Below the pieces are notes generated by a model. That model saw only the letters and a list, made by a program, of their open reading frames with translations, was not told the DNA's origin and did no database searches. This document shows positions 27,330 to 39,302 of a stretch of DNA of 58,015 nucleotides, in pieces. Each line of letters opens with the position of its first letter. Position 1 is the first letter of the stretch. The translations under genes were made by a program, and so were the position numbers. The stretch comes from Fervidobacterium sp. (GTDB lineage: Bacteria > Thermotogota > Thermotogae > Thermotogales > Fervidobacteriaceae): NCBI GenBank assembly GCA_049970055.1, contig JBMFNR010000005.1, positions 1-58,015 on the forward strand. Direction: 5' to 3'.

Positions 27330-27788
27330 ATGGTAGAAAAAAAGTTAGATGAAAATTCAATTGTTGATCTTGAAAAGTTAATTAGAGAAATATGCTTCAG
27401 GATACGTGTGTATGGGCGAGAAGCATTAAAGAATTATTCGATAACAGCTGCGCAGTTTGATCTTCTGCAAAAGATCTATTTTAACGGTCCGCAAACAATG
27501 ACAAAACTTAGTCAAATACTTGGAATTGCAAAGAGCACAACTACCGGTCTTGTTATGAGACTCGAAAGGGACGGCTTTTTAAGGAGAAAAAGGCATGAAA
27601 TTGATAAGAGAGTTTCCGTTGTTGAGATAACACCTCTTGGAGAGGAAGTTATAAAGGCCGTTATAGACTACAGGATAGATTATGTGAAAGTTATAGCTCA
27701 AAGACTTGGTTCAGAGGATACACACGATCTGCTTTCAATGCTTGTCAAACTTTCAGGAGCAATGAAAGAAATTGATAGTGAAAAGTAG
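27330..27788 (+). CDS. MarR family transcriptional regulator
   Basis: ITAAQFDLL, LSQILGIAKSTTTGLVMRLERDGFL, DKR, ITPLG. Confidence 0.92.
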   Translation: MVEKKLDENSIVDLEKLIREICFRIRVYGREALKNYSITAAQFDLLQKIYFNGPQTMTKLSQILGIAKSTTTGLVMRLERDGFLRRKRHEIDKRVSVVEITPLGEEVIKAVIDYRIDYVKVIAQRLGSEDTHDLLSMLVKLSGAMKEIDSEK

Positions 27789-27814
27789 AAGACCCAACAC
27801 TAAGGTGAGAACAC

Positions 27815-29200
27815 ATGAAAAATGCTACATTTGTTTTTATACTCACAGTTATGTATTGTATATCCATAGGTTTTTCATTAACCGTCGTTACCGATAACGG
27901 GAGTATTATTTACTACAACGATAAGTTAGTTGGTGTTGTTAAAAATACAAATTTAACGTTTAGTGCAACCTTTCCTGGTTATCTCAGAGTTGTCAAGCCG
28001 GGCTATTTGCCGTTTGAAAAATATATAACAGAAGATGGAACTGTAACTGTTAAACTTGACTTGCCATCTTACATTCAGATAAATATACAGCCAGAGAATG
28101 CGACGATTTTTGTTGACGATGTCCAGCAAAATGCGACTGAAAGAAAATGTACCATTGCTCCTGGAAAGCATGTATTGAAATTTACAGCACCAGGTTATGT
28201 AGCAAAAATTCTAGAAGTAGAAATTCTCCCGTACGAAGAAAAAGTTCTAGATGTTGTATTGAAAAAAACTGTTACGCTGTATGTTAATTCTGATAAAAAA
28301 ATTGATGGCGTACTTTTTGACTCATTGGTAATATCTTTACCAGCTGTTTTAGAAACTGTTCCTGGTAAGCACAAAATAGTTCTACCTGAAAATTTTGTTA
28401 ATGATGTCCAAATTATAGAAATACCTGCCATCGATTCGCATAGTGTAACAATTGATACACGCCAGAAGTTTGTTCTGACAATTTCAGGTAGGCCAGAAAA
28501 CGCCTATGTTGAAATAAATAAGCAAATATACAAAGGTCCAATTACCTTGACTTTACCTGAAGGTGTTTATGACGCAAAAATATTCTCACAAGGATACTTA
28601 GATCAAAAAACTCAGATTAACCTTTCAAAAGATGAAACGATATATTATGTGCTAAAACCTTACGAAGAAATAAGTGTTGCAGAAGGTCTTAGCAACTATA
28701 AATTGGAATTTGATGGTTTCTCAAGTAAAAAGTTGACAAAAAGACCGTATTTTTTAACCATAAGAGATGAAAGAAACGATGTCATTTGGTATGGATTCAG
28801 CGATGGAACGTTAAATAAAGTTCCATCCACCGTTCCCGTTATAATTAGCAAAAATTATGAAACCATTCTCAATGGGATTCAGTACAAAGGCCCTTCTATA
28901 CTACAAGTACCCAGAAACGAAAAAATTGATATTTTCAGCAAGGGCGTTAGGGTTGGAACATGTAACATAACTGGACCAACGGTTATCGATGATGAAGAAA
29001 ATTGCGTCGTAAACATTTACGCGAAAGAAAAATTGGATGTTTATTGGAATGGGCAGTACATTGGAAAAACCCCAATTTACCTTTTTACAACAAAAAAAGG
29101 TGTTCACAATGTAGTGTTCAAAAATAAAGTTTTAGAAATAGCAAAATTTGATTATACCGTTGAACAAGGTAAATTGAACGAAATAAAGGTAGAATATTGA
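27815..29200 (+). CDS. Secreted PEGA-domain protein
   Basis: Signal peptide; PEGA-like repeats (IQPENATIFVD..PGKHVLKFTAPGY, PEGVYDAKIFSQGY, VYWNGQYIGKTP). Confidence 0.8.
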   Translation: MKNATFVFILTVMYCISIGFSLTVVTDNGSIIYYNDKLVGVVKNTNLTFSATFPGYLRVVKPGYLPFEKYITEDGTVTVKLDLPSYIQINIQPENATIFVDDVQQNATERKCTIAPGKHVLKFTAPGYVAKILEVEILPYEEKVLDVVLKKTVTLYVNSDKKIDGVLFDSLVISLPAVLETVPGKHKIVLPENFVNDVQIIEIPAIDSHSVTIDTRQKFVLTISGRPENAYVEINKQIYKGPITLTLPEGVYDAKIFSQGYLDQKTQINLSKDETIYYVLKPYEEISVAEGLSNYKLEFDGFSSKKLTKRPYFLTIRDERNDVIWYGFSDGTLNKVPSTVPVIISKNYETILNGIQYKGPSILQVPRNEKIDIFSKGVRVGTCNITGPTVIDDEENCVVNIYAKEKLDVYWNGQYIGKTPIYLFTTKKGVHNVVFKNKVLEIAKFDYTVEQGKLNEIKVEY

Positions 29201-29230
29201 GAAATTAAAACGATGGGTGGTGGAGCATAT

Positions 29231-30514
29231 ATGAAAAAACTTCCTTTAATGTACTTTTTAACATTGTCTTTGATTATGTTATCCCATATGATTGTTTACG
29301 GTGCTAATATAAAAGATTTGTCCCCATCGGCTTCTGATTACAAAGCCATTAGCTCGCTGGTAGACAAAAAGATATTAGACGTAGATAACAACGGTAACTT
29401 CAAACCATCGTTGCTTATCACAAAACTTGATCTTGGGAAGTATCTCTATAACCTTATCAATTACTACAAACTCGATAATTTATCTAGCTACTTAAACGTT
29501 GCTACTGATGAAGATTTGAAGAAGTTAGAGAGTAGAATAACAAATCTCGAGAAGCAACTATCAACTAATACTCAAAAATCTATTCAAGATGTACAATCAG
29601 ATGTGAATGAATTAATTAAGAGACTTGACATACTGGAAAAAAAAGTTGCTACTTTACCAACCCAAAGCTCGTCTCAGTTTGTAAGCTTGAGTTCAGCTTT
29701 ACAAGAAACACTTACGAATTTACAAAAAGATGTAGCGGATATAAAATCAAAAGTTGCAAATCTTGAAAAACAACAATCCACAAATTCGCAGCAAATATTA
29801 AGAAACAAGTCAGATGTAGAGGACTTGAAAAACAAAATAGACAATTTAAGCGCCAAGGTGCAAACATTGGAGAGTTATTATTCAAACTTAATGAAAGAGT
29901 CATCTCAGAATACAGCGTTGAAGCTCGACGTGGAAACAGTGAAATCAGAATTAAAGAAAATTTCAGATACTCTAAACTTAAGAGTAGATAGTGTTGAAAA
30001 AAACCTGAACGAGCTTATGAAAGATTACGCAGGTAAAATGAATTCGATTAACACAAAAATTTCAGAAATCTATACTGTGACAGCTTCTCTGGACAAAAGG
30101 TTATCGAAAGTGGAAGAAGTTATAAACAAAACTGATGATTTTATAAAACGTCTTGATGCTGTAGATGCAATTACAGTGAATAATGCGTTTAGCAATTTAC
30201 AACTTTTAACGAATAGATTTGATCAGCTTGAACAAAAATTTAACAAGCTTGAAGAAGAAGTGAATAATGTAAGCGTTGATCAAAGAAATTTGCTTATCGA
30301 AGTGTTAAATTCCAAGGTTGACACTGAACGCATAGTTTCGATACAAGCTACTGTCTCACAGTTACAAAGTTCAAAGCAAGATATCGAAAAGCAGTTAGAC
30401 GCACTAAAATCAGAACAGCAAAATCTTAAGAACGAGCTTAATGTAACAAGGTGGATAGCTACTTTTGGCATTGTTCTGTCGATAATTCTTTCGTTAATCC
30501 TATTTTCTAGATAA
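29231..30514 (+). CDS. SLH-domain, long coiled-coil, C-terminal TM protein (Omp-alpha/OmpA toga-anchor type)
   Basis: Signal peptide; SLH-like IKDL..YKAISSLVDKKIL..GNFKPSLLITKLDL; about 300 aa heptad coiled coil; C-terminal hydrophobic WIATFGIVLSIILSLILF. Confidence 0.8.
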   Translation: MKKLPLMYFLTLSLIMLSHMIVYGANIKDLSPSASDYKAISSLVDKKILDVDNNGNFKPSLLITKLDLGKYLYNLINYYKLDNLSSYLNVATDEDLKKLESRITNLEKQLSTNTQKSIQDVQSDVNELIKRLDILEKKVATLPTQSSSQFVSLSSALQETLTNLQKDVADIKSKVANLEKQQSTNSQQILRNKSDVEDLKNKIDNLSAKVQTLESYYSNLMKESSQNTALKLDVETVKSELKKISDTLNLRVDSVEKNLNELMKDYAGKMNSINTKISEIYTVTASLDKRLSKVEEVINKTDDFIKRLDAVDAITVNNAFSNLQLLTNRFDQLEQKFNKLEEEVNNVSVDQRNLLIEVLNSKVDTERIVSIQATVSQLQSSKQDIEKQLDALKSEQQNLKNELNVTRWIATFGIVLSIILSLILFSR

Positions 30515-30535
30515 TTTTGCAAAGGAGCTTGAAGA

Positions 30536-31321
30536 ATGTTAGTAGGGTTAGCACTTGAGGCCGGTGGAGTCAAAGGATTTTCGCATATAGCTACTCTCAA
30601 AATTTTTGAATCGTGTGATAAGAAGCCAGATCTTTTGTGTGGATCTTCTTTTGGATCGATAGTTGCAACGCTGTATTCAATGTATCAAGATGCAGATAAA
30701 GTTTACAAGATTCTTTCAAAAAGGATTGATCAATTCCTTAGAAGTAAAAGCTTTTCAACGTCTAAATTCACCAATTTAGAAATGGTAATTAGAGATTCAA
30801 TTATAAGTCTCGATGATTATTATTCCTTTTTCAAAGAACTCTACGGAAGAATTAAATTTTCTCAGCTTAAAATACCGACGTATGTTATTACATTTGATTC
30901 CGAAAAAATTGAGTCGGTAGTCATAAGCGAAGGATACGTTGTTGATGCCGTTCTTGCAAGTTGCACAGTTCCGGGCGTGTTCGAACCTACACATATAGCA
31001 GGTGTCAAAATGCTCGATGGTGGAGTTCTTTCGCCTATTCCAACTCATGAATTAAGGCTTCAAGGTGCTGATAAGGTTGTGGCAAGTACATTCCAAGATC
31101 CTCCTAAGAAGTATTCAACACATATGGAATTAATGATTTACGTGGATTCAGTAAAAGGTGATATAATAATGGAGGACGAACTAGTTCTGGCTGACTTTGT
31201 TTTTTCCTACTCTGTTGATGTTTCTTGGACGGAATTCTCAAAGTACGATAAAGTATATCAGAATGCCTTGAAATACGCATATGATAGGAGAGATGAGTTT
31301 GAAAATTTCCTTAGGCGGTGA
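30536..31321 (+). CDS. Patatin-like phospholipase (catalytic motifs intact)
   Basis: LEAGGVKG, GSSFG (GxSxG), ASCTVPGVFEP, LDGG. Confidence 0.9.
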   Translation: MLVGLALEAGGVKGFSHIATLKIFESCDKKPDLLCGSSFGSIVATLYSMYQDADKVYKILSKRIDQFLRSKSFSTSKFTNLEMVIRDSIISLDDYYSFFKELYGRIKFSQLKIPTYVITFDSEKIESVVISEGYVVDAVLASCTVPGVFEPTHIAGVKMLDGGVLSPIPTHELRLQGADKVVASTFQDPPKKYSTHMELMIYVDSVKGDIIMEDELVLADFVFSYSVDVSWTEFSKYDKVYQNALKYAYDRRDEFENFLRR

Positions 31322-32066
31322 CGTATTATACTACCTTGGAAGTATAGGATTATTTAAAGCTCTTGAAGAAATCGATGGAAAATTGGACGATGTTCAAATC
31401 TATTGTAGTGGTTTCTCATGCATACCAGGAATTCTCTGGCTTACGCAGCGACACAGTGCTTATAATATATTGGCTTCGATGTGGCAAGAAGCGGAAAAAA
31501 TTTTTCCAGGAGCATCGAAAATATCTATGGAAGAAATGGCAAAAAATTTACTGATGTTGGTGAAACTTCAAAAAAAGCTCGATGAGCAATCAAGTAGGAA
31601 AAAGTTGGTAGAATTCTTCGATAAGTGGATCCCTGATTTTCAAATAAACGGAACTGAAAATGTTAAGTTTTGCGTATTCAATTTGAGCTCTGGAAAAGAA
31701 GAACTATTAGTTGGAAATTCAAAAGAAGTTATAATGAAAGCGATAACCTATCCTATAGATTTTTCTCCGATTGAATCGTACATTTCGTTAAGTTGGGTTG
31801 TTGGAATTCCACCAGGGGATGTTATAATATACATTGATTGGATAAAAAGTTTTAAGCCTCAGCGTGCCTCAGATTACCTTCTTCTCACTACATTTTCAAG
31901 AACCCTTGCAATTTCAAAAAAGCGGCTTTCACAAGCAAATTTGACTTTCAATGTAAAAATTTCAAGTAAGTTAGACTTTTCTGTGATTTCGAATAAATTT
32001 TACCAAATTGGGTGGGAGATAACTAACTACGTGAAGAATACTAATTCCAGTGTTAAGGAGGAGTGA
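31281..32066 (+). CDS. Degenerate patatin-like protein
   Basis: Same size as its neighbour; ISLGGD..LGSIGLFKALEE..IYCSGFS and VFNLSSGKEEL echo the patatin layout, but no GxSxG or DGG; start may be 31293. Confidence 0.55.
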   Translation: MIGEMSLKISLGGDVLYYLGSIGLFKALEEIDGKLDDVQIYCSGFSCIPGILWLTQRHSAYNILASMWQEAEKIFPGASKISMEEMAKNLLMLVKLQKKLDEQSSRKKLVEFFDKWIPDFQINGTENVKFCVFNLSSGKEELLVGNSKEVIMKAITYPIDFSPIESYISLSWVVGIPPGDVIIYIDWIKSFKPQRASDYLLLTTFSRTLAISKKRLSQANLTFNVKISSKLDFSVISNKFYQIGWEITNYVKNTNSSVKEE

Positions 32067-32072
32067 ACTTCA

Positions 32073-32756
32073 ATGAGATCAAACATTTTTAAAAGGGTGT
32101 TTGTACCGTTATTTTTGCTTTTATTTGCGGTTGTAATTCTAAGCTCAGCAACTTCTGCTACTACAACCCAAACATCAACAAAAAAATCCAAGACGGTAAG
32201 AGTTTCTGCCGACTACGTTGAACCTAAAAGTGATACAATCTACTATAAGGGTAAGGTTTTTGTTAATATCGATGAGGATAAGGTGAGTGTAAAGACTACG
32301 GAGATGTATGTGAAAAAAGTGAACGACAAGTGGAGACTGGTTGAAATACCAACAAAAGCTGATTTTTCATTTGATGGAGGTAATGCAAGTGCTGATAAAA
32401 TGAATTATGATCTTGACAATCGAACAGGAACATTAATTAACACAACAGTGACCATAATCGACACAAAAAGTAATGAGAAAATTGTCATAGTTGCGGATAA
32501 TTTGAACTTCGATTTGGAAAACGATAAGTACAGTGGAACGAAAAAGGGTGGAGTAAATATAACAAAGGGTAATATTACCGCCGTTGCGGATAGTTTTCAG
32601 TACGACAAAAAGAAGGGAGAATTAACGCTTGTAGGAGCAGTGGTTATAAACGATCCTACCAAAGGTATAAAGATGACGGCTTCAGACGCAGTTATTTACA
32701 CAGAAAATAACGAAATGAAAGCTAATAATGTAAGCATAGAATTGAAAGTTGACTAA
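32073..32756 (+). CDS. LptA/OstA-like beta-jellyroll exported protein
   Basis: Signal peptide; repeated AD-x-x-x-(Y/F)D beta motifs (VSADYVE, ASADKMNYD, IVADNLNFD, AVADSFQYD..LTLVGAVVI). Confidence 0.7.
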   Translation: MRSNIFKRVFVPLFLLLFAVVILSSATSATTTQTSTKKSKTVRVSADYVEPKSDTIYYKGKVFVNIDEDKVSVKTTEMYVKKVNDKWRLVEIPTKADFSFDGGNASADKMNYDLDNRTGTLINTTVTIIDTKSNEKIVIVADNLNFDLENDKYSGTKKGGVNITKGNITAVADSFQYDKKKGELTLVGAVVINDPTKGIKMTASDAVIYTENNEMKANNVSIELKVD

Positions 32757-32799
32757 TCCATTTATAGCTGTTAGTATGGTTGATCATTATTAAGAAAGA

Positions 32800-33717
32800 G
32801 TGATGCCTTTGAAGAGAATTATAATCTCAGGCCCAACTGGTGTTGGTAAAACAGATTTAGTTGTTGAGCTATCAAAACATTTACCAATAGAAGTCATCTC
32901 TATGGATTCAAGACAAATTTATAAATTCATGGATATTGGTACGGCCAAACCAGATCCGTATCAATTGATGCTTGTGAAGCATCACATGATAGATATTATT
33001 GAACCAAATGAGTATTTCAATGCGTTTCTCTATCAAAAAATGGCAAAAGAAGTGGAAAAAGAAGTTATTAAGAATGGTAAGATACCCATATACGTTGGTG
33101 GAACTGGACTATACATTGATGCACTTATAAAGGGATTTTTTGAAGGAGTACCGCGAGATGAAAATATCAGAAGGGAACTGAGTAAATTGAATGAACAAGA
33201 GCCTGGCATACTACGAAAGATGCTGGAAGAATTTGATCCAGAAGCGGCTACTAGAATTCATCCACAAGATATAAAACGCACGATTAGAGCTCTTGAAGTA
33301 TATTTGAAAACGGGGAAACGAATATCTGAACTACAGAATCAGAGGCATTATCATGACTTTTTACTAATCGTCCTAAATACTGATAGAGAGGATTTGTACG
33401 AAAGAATCAATGCGCGTGTGGAAAAAATGATTGAACACGGTTTGATCGATGAAGTTAAGCAACTTGTATCCAGATATGGTAAAGACTTGGATGCTTTCAA
33501 GACGATAGGCTACAAGGAAATTATTGATTATTTGGAAGGCGTGTATACATTGGAAACAGCAATACATTTAGTTAAAAGAAATACACGACATTACGCAAGA
33601 AGGCAGATAATTTACTTGCGAAGGTTTAAAAACGCAGTATGGCTTGATCCGTCACAAAGTGGTACGAAGGAAAGAGTACTGAGATTAATTTCAGAAAATA
33701 TATCAAATTTAAATTGA
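32800..33717 (+). CDS. miaA: tRNA dimethylallyltransferase
   Basis: GPTGVGKT, DSRQIYKFMDIGTAKP, VGGTGLY, RALEV, IGYKE, TRHYARRQ. Confidence 0.97.
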   Translation: MMPLKRIIISGPTGVGKTDLVVELSKHLPIEVISMDSRQIYKFMDIGTAKPDPYQLMLVKHHMIDIIEPNEYFNAFLYQKMAKEVEKEVIKNGKIPIYVGGTGLYIDALIKGFFEGVPRDENIRRELSKLNEQEPGILRKMLEEFDPEAATRIHPQDIKRTIRALEVYLKTGKRISELQNQRHYHDFLLIVLNTDREDLYERINARVEKMIEHGLIDEVKQLVSRYGKDLDAFKTIGYKEIIDYLEGVYTLETAIHLVKRNTRHYARRQIIYLRRFKNAVWLDPSQSGTKERVLRLISENISNLN

Positions 33718-33752
33718 AATTCAGATGTTCAAAACAACTGAGGTGAGTTTCT

Positions 33753-35225
33753 ATGGAGTCATTGTATAGAAAATACAGGCCGAGAAATTTTTCAACAATC
33801 GTTGGACAAGGGCATATAAAGAGATTACTTATTAATGCTTTACAAACAAGGATGATTAATCACGCATATATCTTTGCCGGTCCAAGGGGTACCGGCAAGA
33901 CAACAACTGCAAGAGTTCTCGCTAAATCGCTGAACTGCGAAAACAACCCATTTGGTGAACCTTGTAACGAATGTACATCATGTCAAGCTATAGACAACGG
34001 ATCCCACCTGGATGTTATCGAACTTGATGCAGCGTCGAATAGAGGAATTGATGAAATAAGAAAGATAAGAGATGGTGTTAATTTCACCCCTGTGATGGGT
34101 AGATATAAAGTCTATATCATAGACGAAGTACATATGTTGACAAGGGAAGCTTTCAATGCACTTCTCAAAACACTCGAAGAACCGCCGCAACACGTTGTTT
34201 TTATACTTGCTACGACAAACCCGGAGAAGATACCACCTACTATCGTGTCGCGCTGTCATGTGCTTGAATTCAGAAATATCTCAGAAGACGACATAATAAA
34301 AAGACTTCGAGAAGTTTCTGTAAGCGAAGGTTTCGATGTAACCAACGGTGCGCTGAGAAAAATAGCGAAGCGTGCCGCTGGAGGATTAAGGGATGCTCTA
34401 TCTATTCTTGAACAAGTTGTTAGATATGCTGGTGGAGAGATAAATGAAAATATAGTTGACGAAGCACTGGGATTAGTAAGCGAAGATATAGTAAACCAAT
34501 TCATCAAAGTAATCTTGAAAGATGACAAAACTTCGGTAGAAAACATTTTGTACCAAATATATGTTGAAAAGGGTGATTTTGAGACTTTTTTAACTCAAGT
34601 GATTGAAAATCTTCTAGAAAGAAAAACAGACAAGATGATTAAATTAGCCTCAGAGGTTTATAAAGCATTGAAAGAGGTAAGATTAGCCGAAGAAAAATTG
34701 CTTATTGCTAAGTTAATGTTTCTAAACATTGCGCAAAGATTTTCTGATGAGAACTTTGAACAAGCAAGTAAGATCTATCTCTTATCAGATGCTACAAAAG
34801 ATGCTACAAAGGGAAATGAAAAAAATTTTCAGAAGAGTGATATTAAATTCAATGAGAACGTAAAAAGCGAGAAAAGTACTAACTCAGAACAAGGAAAAAT
34901 TAATGTTTCGAATCAGTCATTAAAGAACGTTACAAAACAATTGCTTGAGGAACTGAAATTGAAAGGTGATCTTTCAATTTTTGTTGGTTTATCGCTGGCG
35001 ACAATATATGAAAACGAAGATAAAATAACAATTGTTTTTGACAAGTCTAAAAAGTTCAGTTACGAGATTATAAAAGAAAGGAGTGAAGAAATAGCATTAT
35101 TGTACAAAAATAAAACAGGTATAAACAGACCTGTGGAAGTAGCGATCTCGGAAGAAAACACAGACCCTGTCCTTGAAAAGTTGAAAATGCTATTTGGTGA
35201 TAGTGACTCCATACAAGGGGGATGA
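33753..35225 (+). CDS. dnaX: DNA polymerase III subunit gamma/tau
   Basis: LYRKYRP, GPRGTGKTT, Cys4 zinc module, ELDAASNRG, IIDEVHML, LLKTLEEPP, SRC. Confidence 0.97.
   Translation: MESLYRKYRPRNFSTIVGQGHIKRLLINALQTRMINHAYIFAGPRGTGKTTTARVLAKSLNCENNPFGEPCNECTSCQAIDNGSHLDVIELDAASNRGIDEIRKIRDGVNFTPVMGRYKVYIIDEVHMLTREAFNALLKTLEEPPQHVVFILATTNPEKIPPTIVSRCHVLEFRNISEDDIIKRLREVSVSEGFDVTNGALRKIAKRAAGGLRDALSILEQVVRYAGGEINENIVDEALGLVSEDIVNQFIKVILKDDKTSVENILYQIYVEKGDFETFLTQVIENLLERKTDKMIKLASEVYKALKEVRLAEEKLLIAKLMFLNIAQRFSDENFEQASKIYLLSDATKDATKGNEKNFQKSDIKFNENVKSEKSTNSEQGKINVSNQSLKNVTKQLLEELKLKGDLSIFVGLSLATIYENEDKITIVFDKSKKFSYEIIKERSEEIALLYKNKTGINRPVEVAISEENTDPVLEKLKMLFGDSDSIQGG
34787..34810 (+). repeat. 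Perfect in-frame 12-bp tandem duplication in the dnaX linker
   Basis: AGATGCTACAAA twice, encoding DATKDATK. Confidence 0.85.
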
Positions 35226-35229
35226 TGGT

Positions 35230-36272
35230 GTGCTAAATATTTACGAGCTTATCAGCAAGGCGAAAAACCTTAGGGCTACCGATATCCACCTTTCCGTAGG
35301 TAATCCTCCAATTATAAGAATTGATGGATTTTTGACAAAGATGCAAGGATACACACCTATTACAAATATAGAATTCAAAAAAGCTCTAGAAGACCTCTTA
35401 ATGGAACAAGGTGTTAGTCCGGAAGGGTTAGAAAAAGATTTTTCATTCGGATTTGAAGATGTCAGGATAAGAGCAAATCTTTATTATGAGCGTGGTAATC
35501 CTGCACTTGCGCTGAGAATAATAACGAAAAAAATAAGGACTTTTGAAGAGTTGGGATTGCCAAGTGTTTTAAAAGAATTTTGTGAAAGAGATACGGGATT
35601 GATTATTGTTACAGGGCCAACAGGCAGTGGTAAATCAACAACATTAGCTGCTATGATAGATTATATTAATTCAAAGTATGCATATCATATAATCACAATA
35701 GAAGATCCTATAGAGTATGTTTTTGAAAACAAAAATTCACTGATTCATCAAAGAGAGATAGGAAGGGACACAGAAAGCTTTGTCGATGCATTGAAATATG
35801 CCTTAAGGCAAGACCCTGATATCATACTTGTTGGAGAAATGCGCGATCTGGAAACAATCTCACTTGCATTAACTGCTGCTGAGACAGGCCATTTGGTCTT
35901 TGGGACATTACATACTAATTCCGCTGCAACGGCTCCTGAAAGAATCGTTGATGTTTTCCCTGCACACCAGCAAAAACAAATATCTTTGCAACTCGCGAAT
36001 ACATTGATCGGTGTTGTTTATCAAAGACTTGTTCCAAAAAAAGCGTCTGGTGTAATACCCATTGTAGAAGTCTTAGTTGCCAATATAGCGGTTAGAAATC
36101 TAATTAGGGAAGGTAAGATCCACCAAATAGAAAGTATTATGCAAACAGCTCAAAAGCAAGGAAACATTTTATTTGATGATGCTTTATTGAAAGCTTATTT
36201 TTCCGATGAAATAGCAAAAGAATCTGTTATAGCTTTTGCGCGCAACCCTGAGGAGGTGGCGAAAAAGATAGG

Positions 36273-36288
<16 letters not shown>
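35230..36288 (+). CDS. pilT: Type IV pilus retraction ATPase
   Basis: [57 protein letters not shown]; start probably GTG 35230. Confidence 0.95.
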
Positions 36289-37965
<1,677 letters not shown>

Positions 37966-38008
37966 TTGCAAAAAACATCAAAATGCTCGATTCGGAGGTG
38001 TTTGTAAC

Positions 38009-39277
38009 TTGTCTGATGGTATTAACATGAAGCAACTTGAAGAGATGAACATGAAAGAGCTTTATGAATTAGCACGAAAATATGATATTCCTCGTTATAC
38101 AAGTATGAGGAAACAAGACCTGATATTCGAAATACTGGAAGCAAAGGCCCGTGCAGAAGGATACTTTTTTGGTGAAGGCGTGCTTGAAATAGCACCTGAT
38201 GGATACGGATTTTTGAGAAGCTTGGAGACTATGCTCACCGGTCCGAAAGATATTTACGTTTCTCAATCACAGATAAGGAAGTTCAACCTAAACACTGGCG
38301 ATATCGTTTCCGGTGTCATCAGGCCACCAAAGGAAGGCGAGCGTTTCAACGCGATGATTAAAATAGAAGCAATTAATTACAAACCACCAGAATTTGCCGA
38401 TGAACGCGTCAATTTCGAAAATCTCACACCCGATTATCCAAAGGAGCGCTATATCTTGGGAACGGAAAAAGATATTTTTTCTACGAGGTTGATAGATTTA
38501 TTCGCTCCGATTGGAAAAGGTCAAAGAGGAATGATTGTAGCCCCTCCAAAGGCAGGTAAGACAACCATTCTGAAAGAAATAGCCAACGGAATTGCAAAAA
38601 ACCATCCTGATACGATTAGAATTGTACTTCTGATTGATGAACGTCCCGAAGAGGTAACCGATATTAAAGAATCTGTAGATGCTAAGGTAATTGCCGCTCC
38701 ATTTGATATGCCCTCCGATAAACAGATTAAAATAGCCGAATTAACACTTGAAATGTGTAAAAGATTGGTTGAATACGGTAATCATGTAGTGGTATTACTT
38801 GACAGTTTGACAAGACTGGCAAGAGTGTACAATATAACAGTCCCACCGAGCGGTAAATTGTTAAGCGGTGGTGTTGATCCTGCAGCACTTTATAAGCCGA
38901 AGCACTTCTTTGGTGCCGCAAGAAATACACGTGAAGGCGGAAGTTTAACTATAATAGCAACCGCACTTATCGAGACGGGGTCTAAAATGGATGAAGTTAT
39001 ATTTGAAGAATTCAAGGGAACTGGAAATATGGAATTGGTTCTATCAAGGCAACTTGCTAATAAAAGATTGTTTCCTGCTATCAATCTTTCACTCTCTGGT
39101 ACAAGAAAAGAAGAGCTTTTGCTTGAACAAAGTGAGCTAAAAAAGATCTGGATACTTAGGCGTATGCTTGGTTCTATGTCTGAAGAAGAAGGTTTAAAAC
39201 TTATCTTATCAAAACTCAAAGAAACTAAGTCAAACGAGGATTTCCTTGCATTAATTGATGCGCAAAAGAGTGTTTAG
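38009..39277 (+). CDS. rho: Transcription termination factor Rho
   Basis: DGYGFLR, DIYVSQSQI, APPKAGKT, IDERPEEVT, DSLTRLAR, EEFKGTGNME; TTG start at 38009 after GGAGGTG. Confidence 0.97.
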   Translation: MSDGINMKQLEEMNMKELYELARKYDIPRYTSMRKQDLIFEILEAKARAEGYFFGEGVLEIAPDGYGFLRSLETMLTGPKDIYVSQSQIRKFNLNTGDIVSGVIRPPKEGERFNAMIKIEAINYKPPEFADERVNFENLTPDYPKERYILGTEKDIFSTRLIDLFAPIGKGQRGMIVAPPKAGKTTILKEIANGIAKNHPDTIRIVLLIDERPEEVTDIKESVDAKVIAAPFDMPSDKQIKIAELTLEMCKRLVEYGNHVVVLLDSLTRLARVYNITVPPSGKLLSGGVDPAALYKPKHFFGAARNTREGGSLTIIATALIETGSKMDEVIFEEFKGTGNMELVLSRQLANKRLFPAINLSLSGTRKEELLLEQSELKKIWILRRMLGSMSEEEGLKLILSKLKETKSNEDFLALIDAQKSV

Positions 39278-39302
39278 CTCTAAGTTTGGGAGGAAACTAG
39301 GA

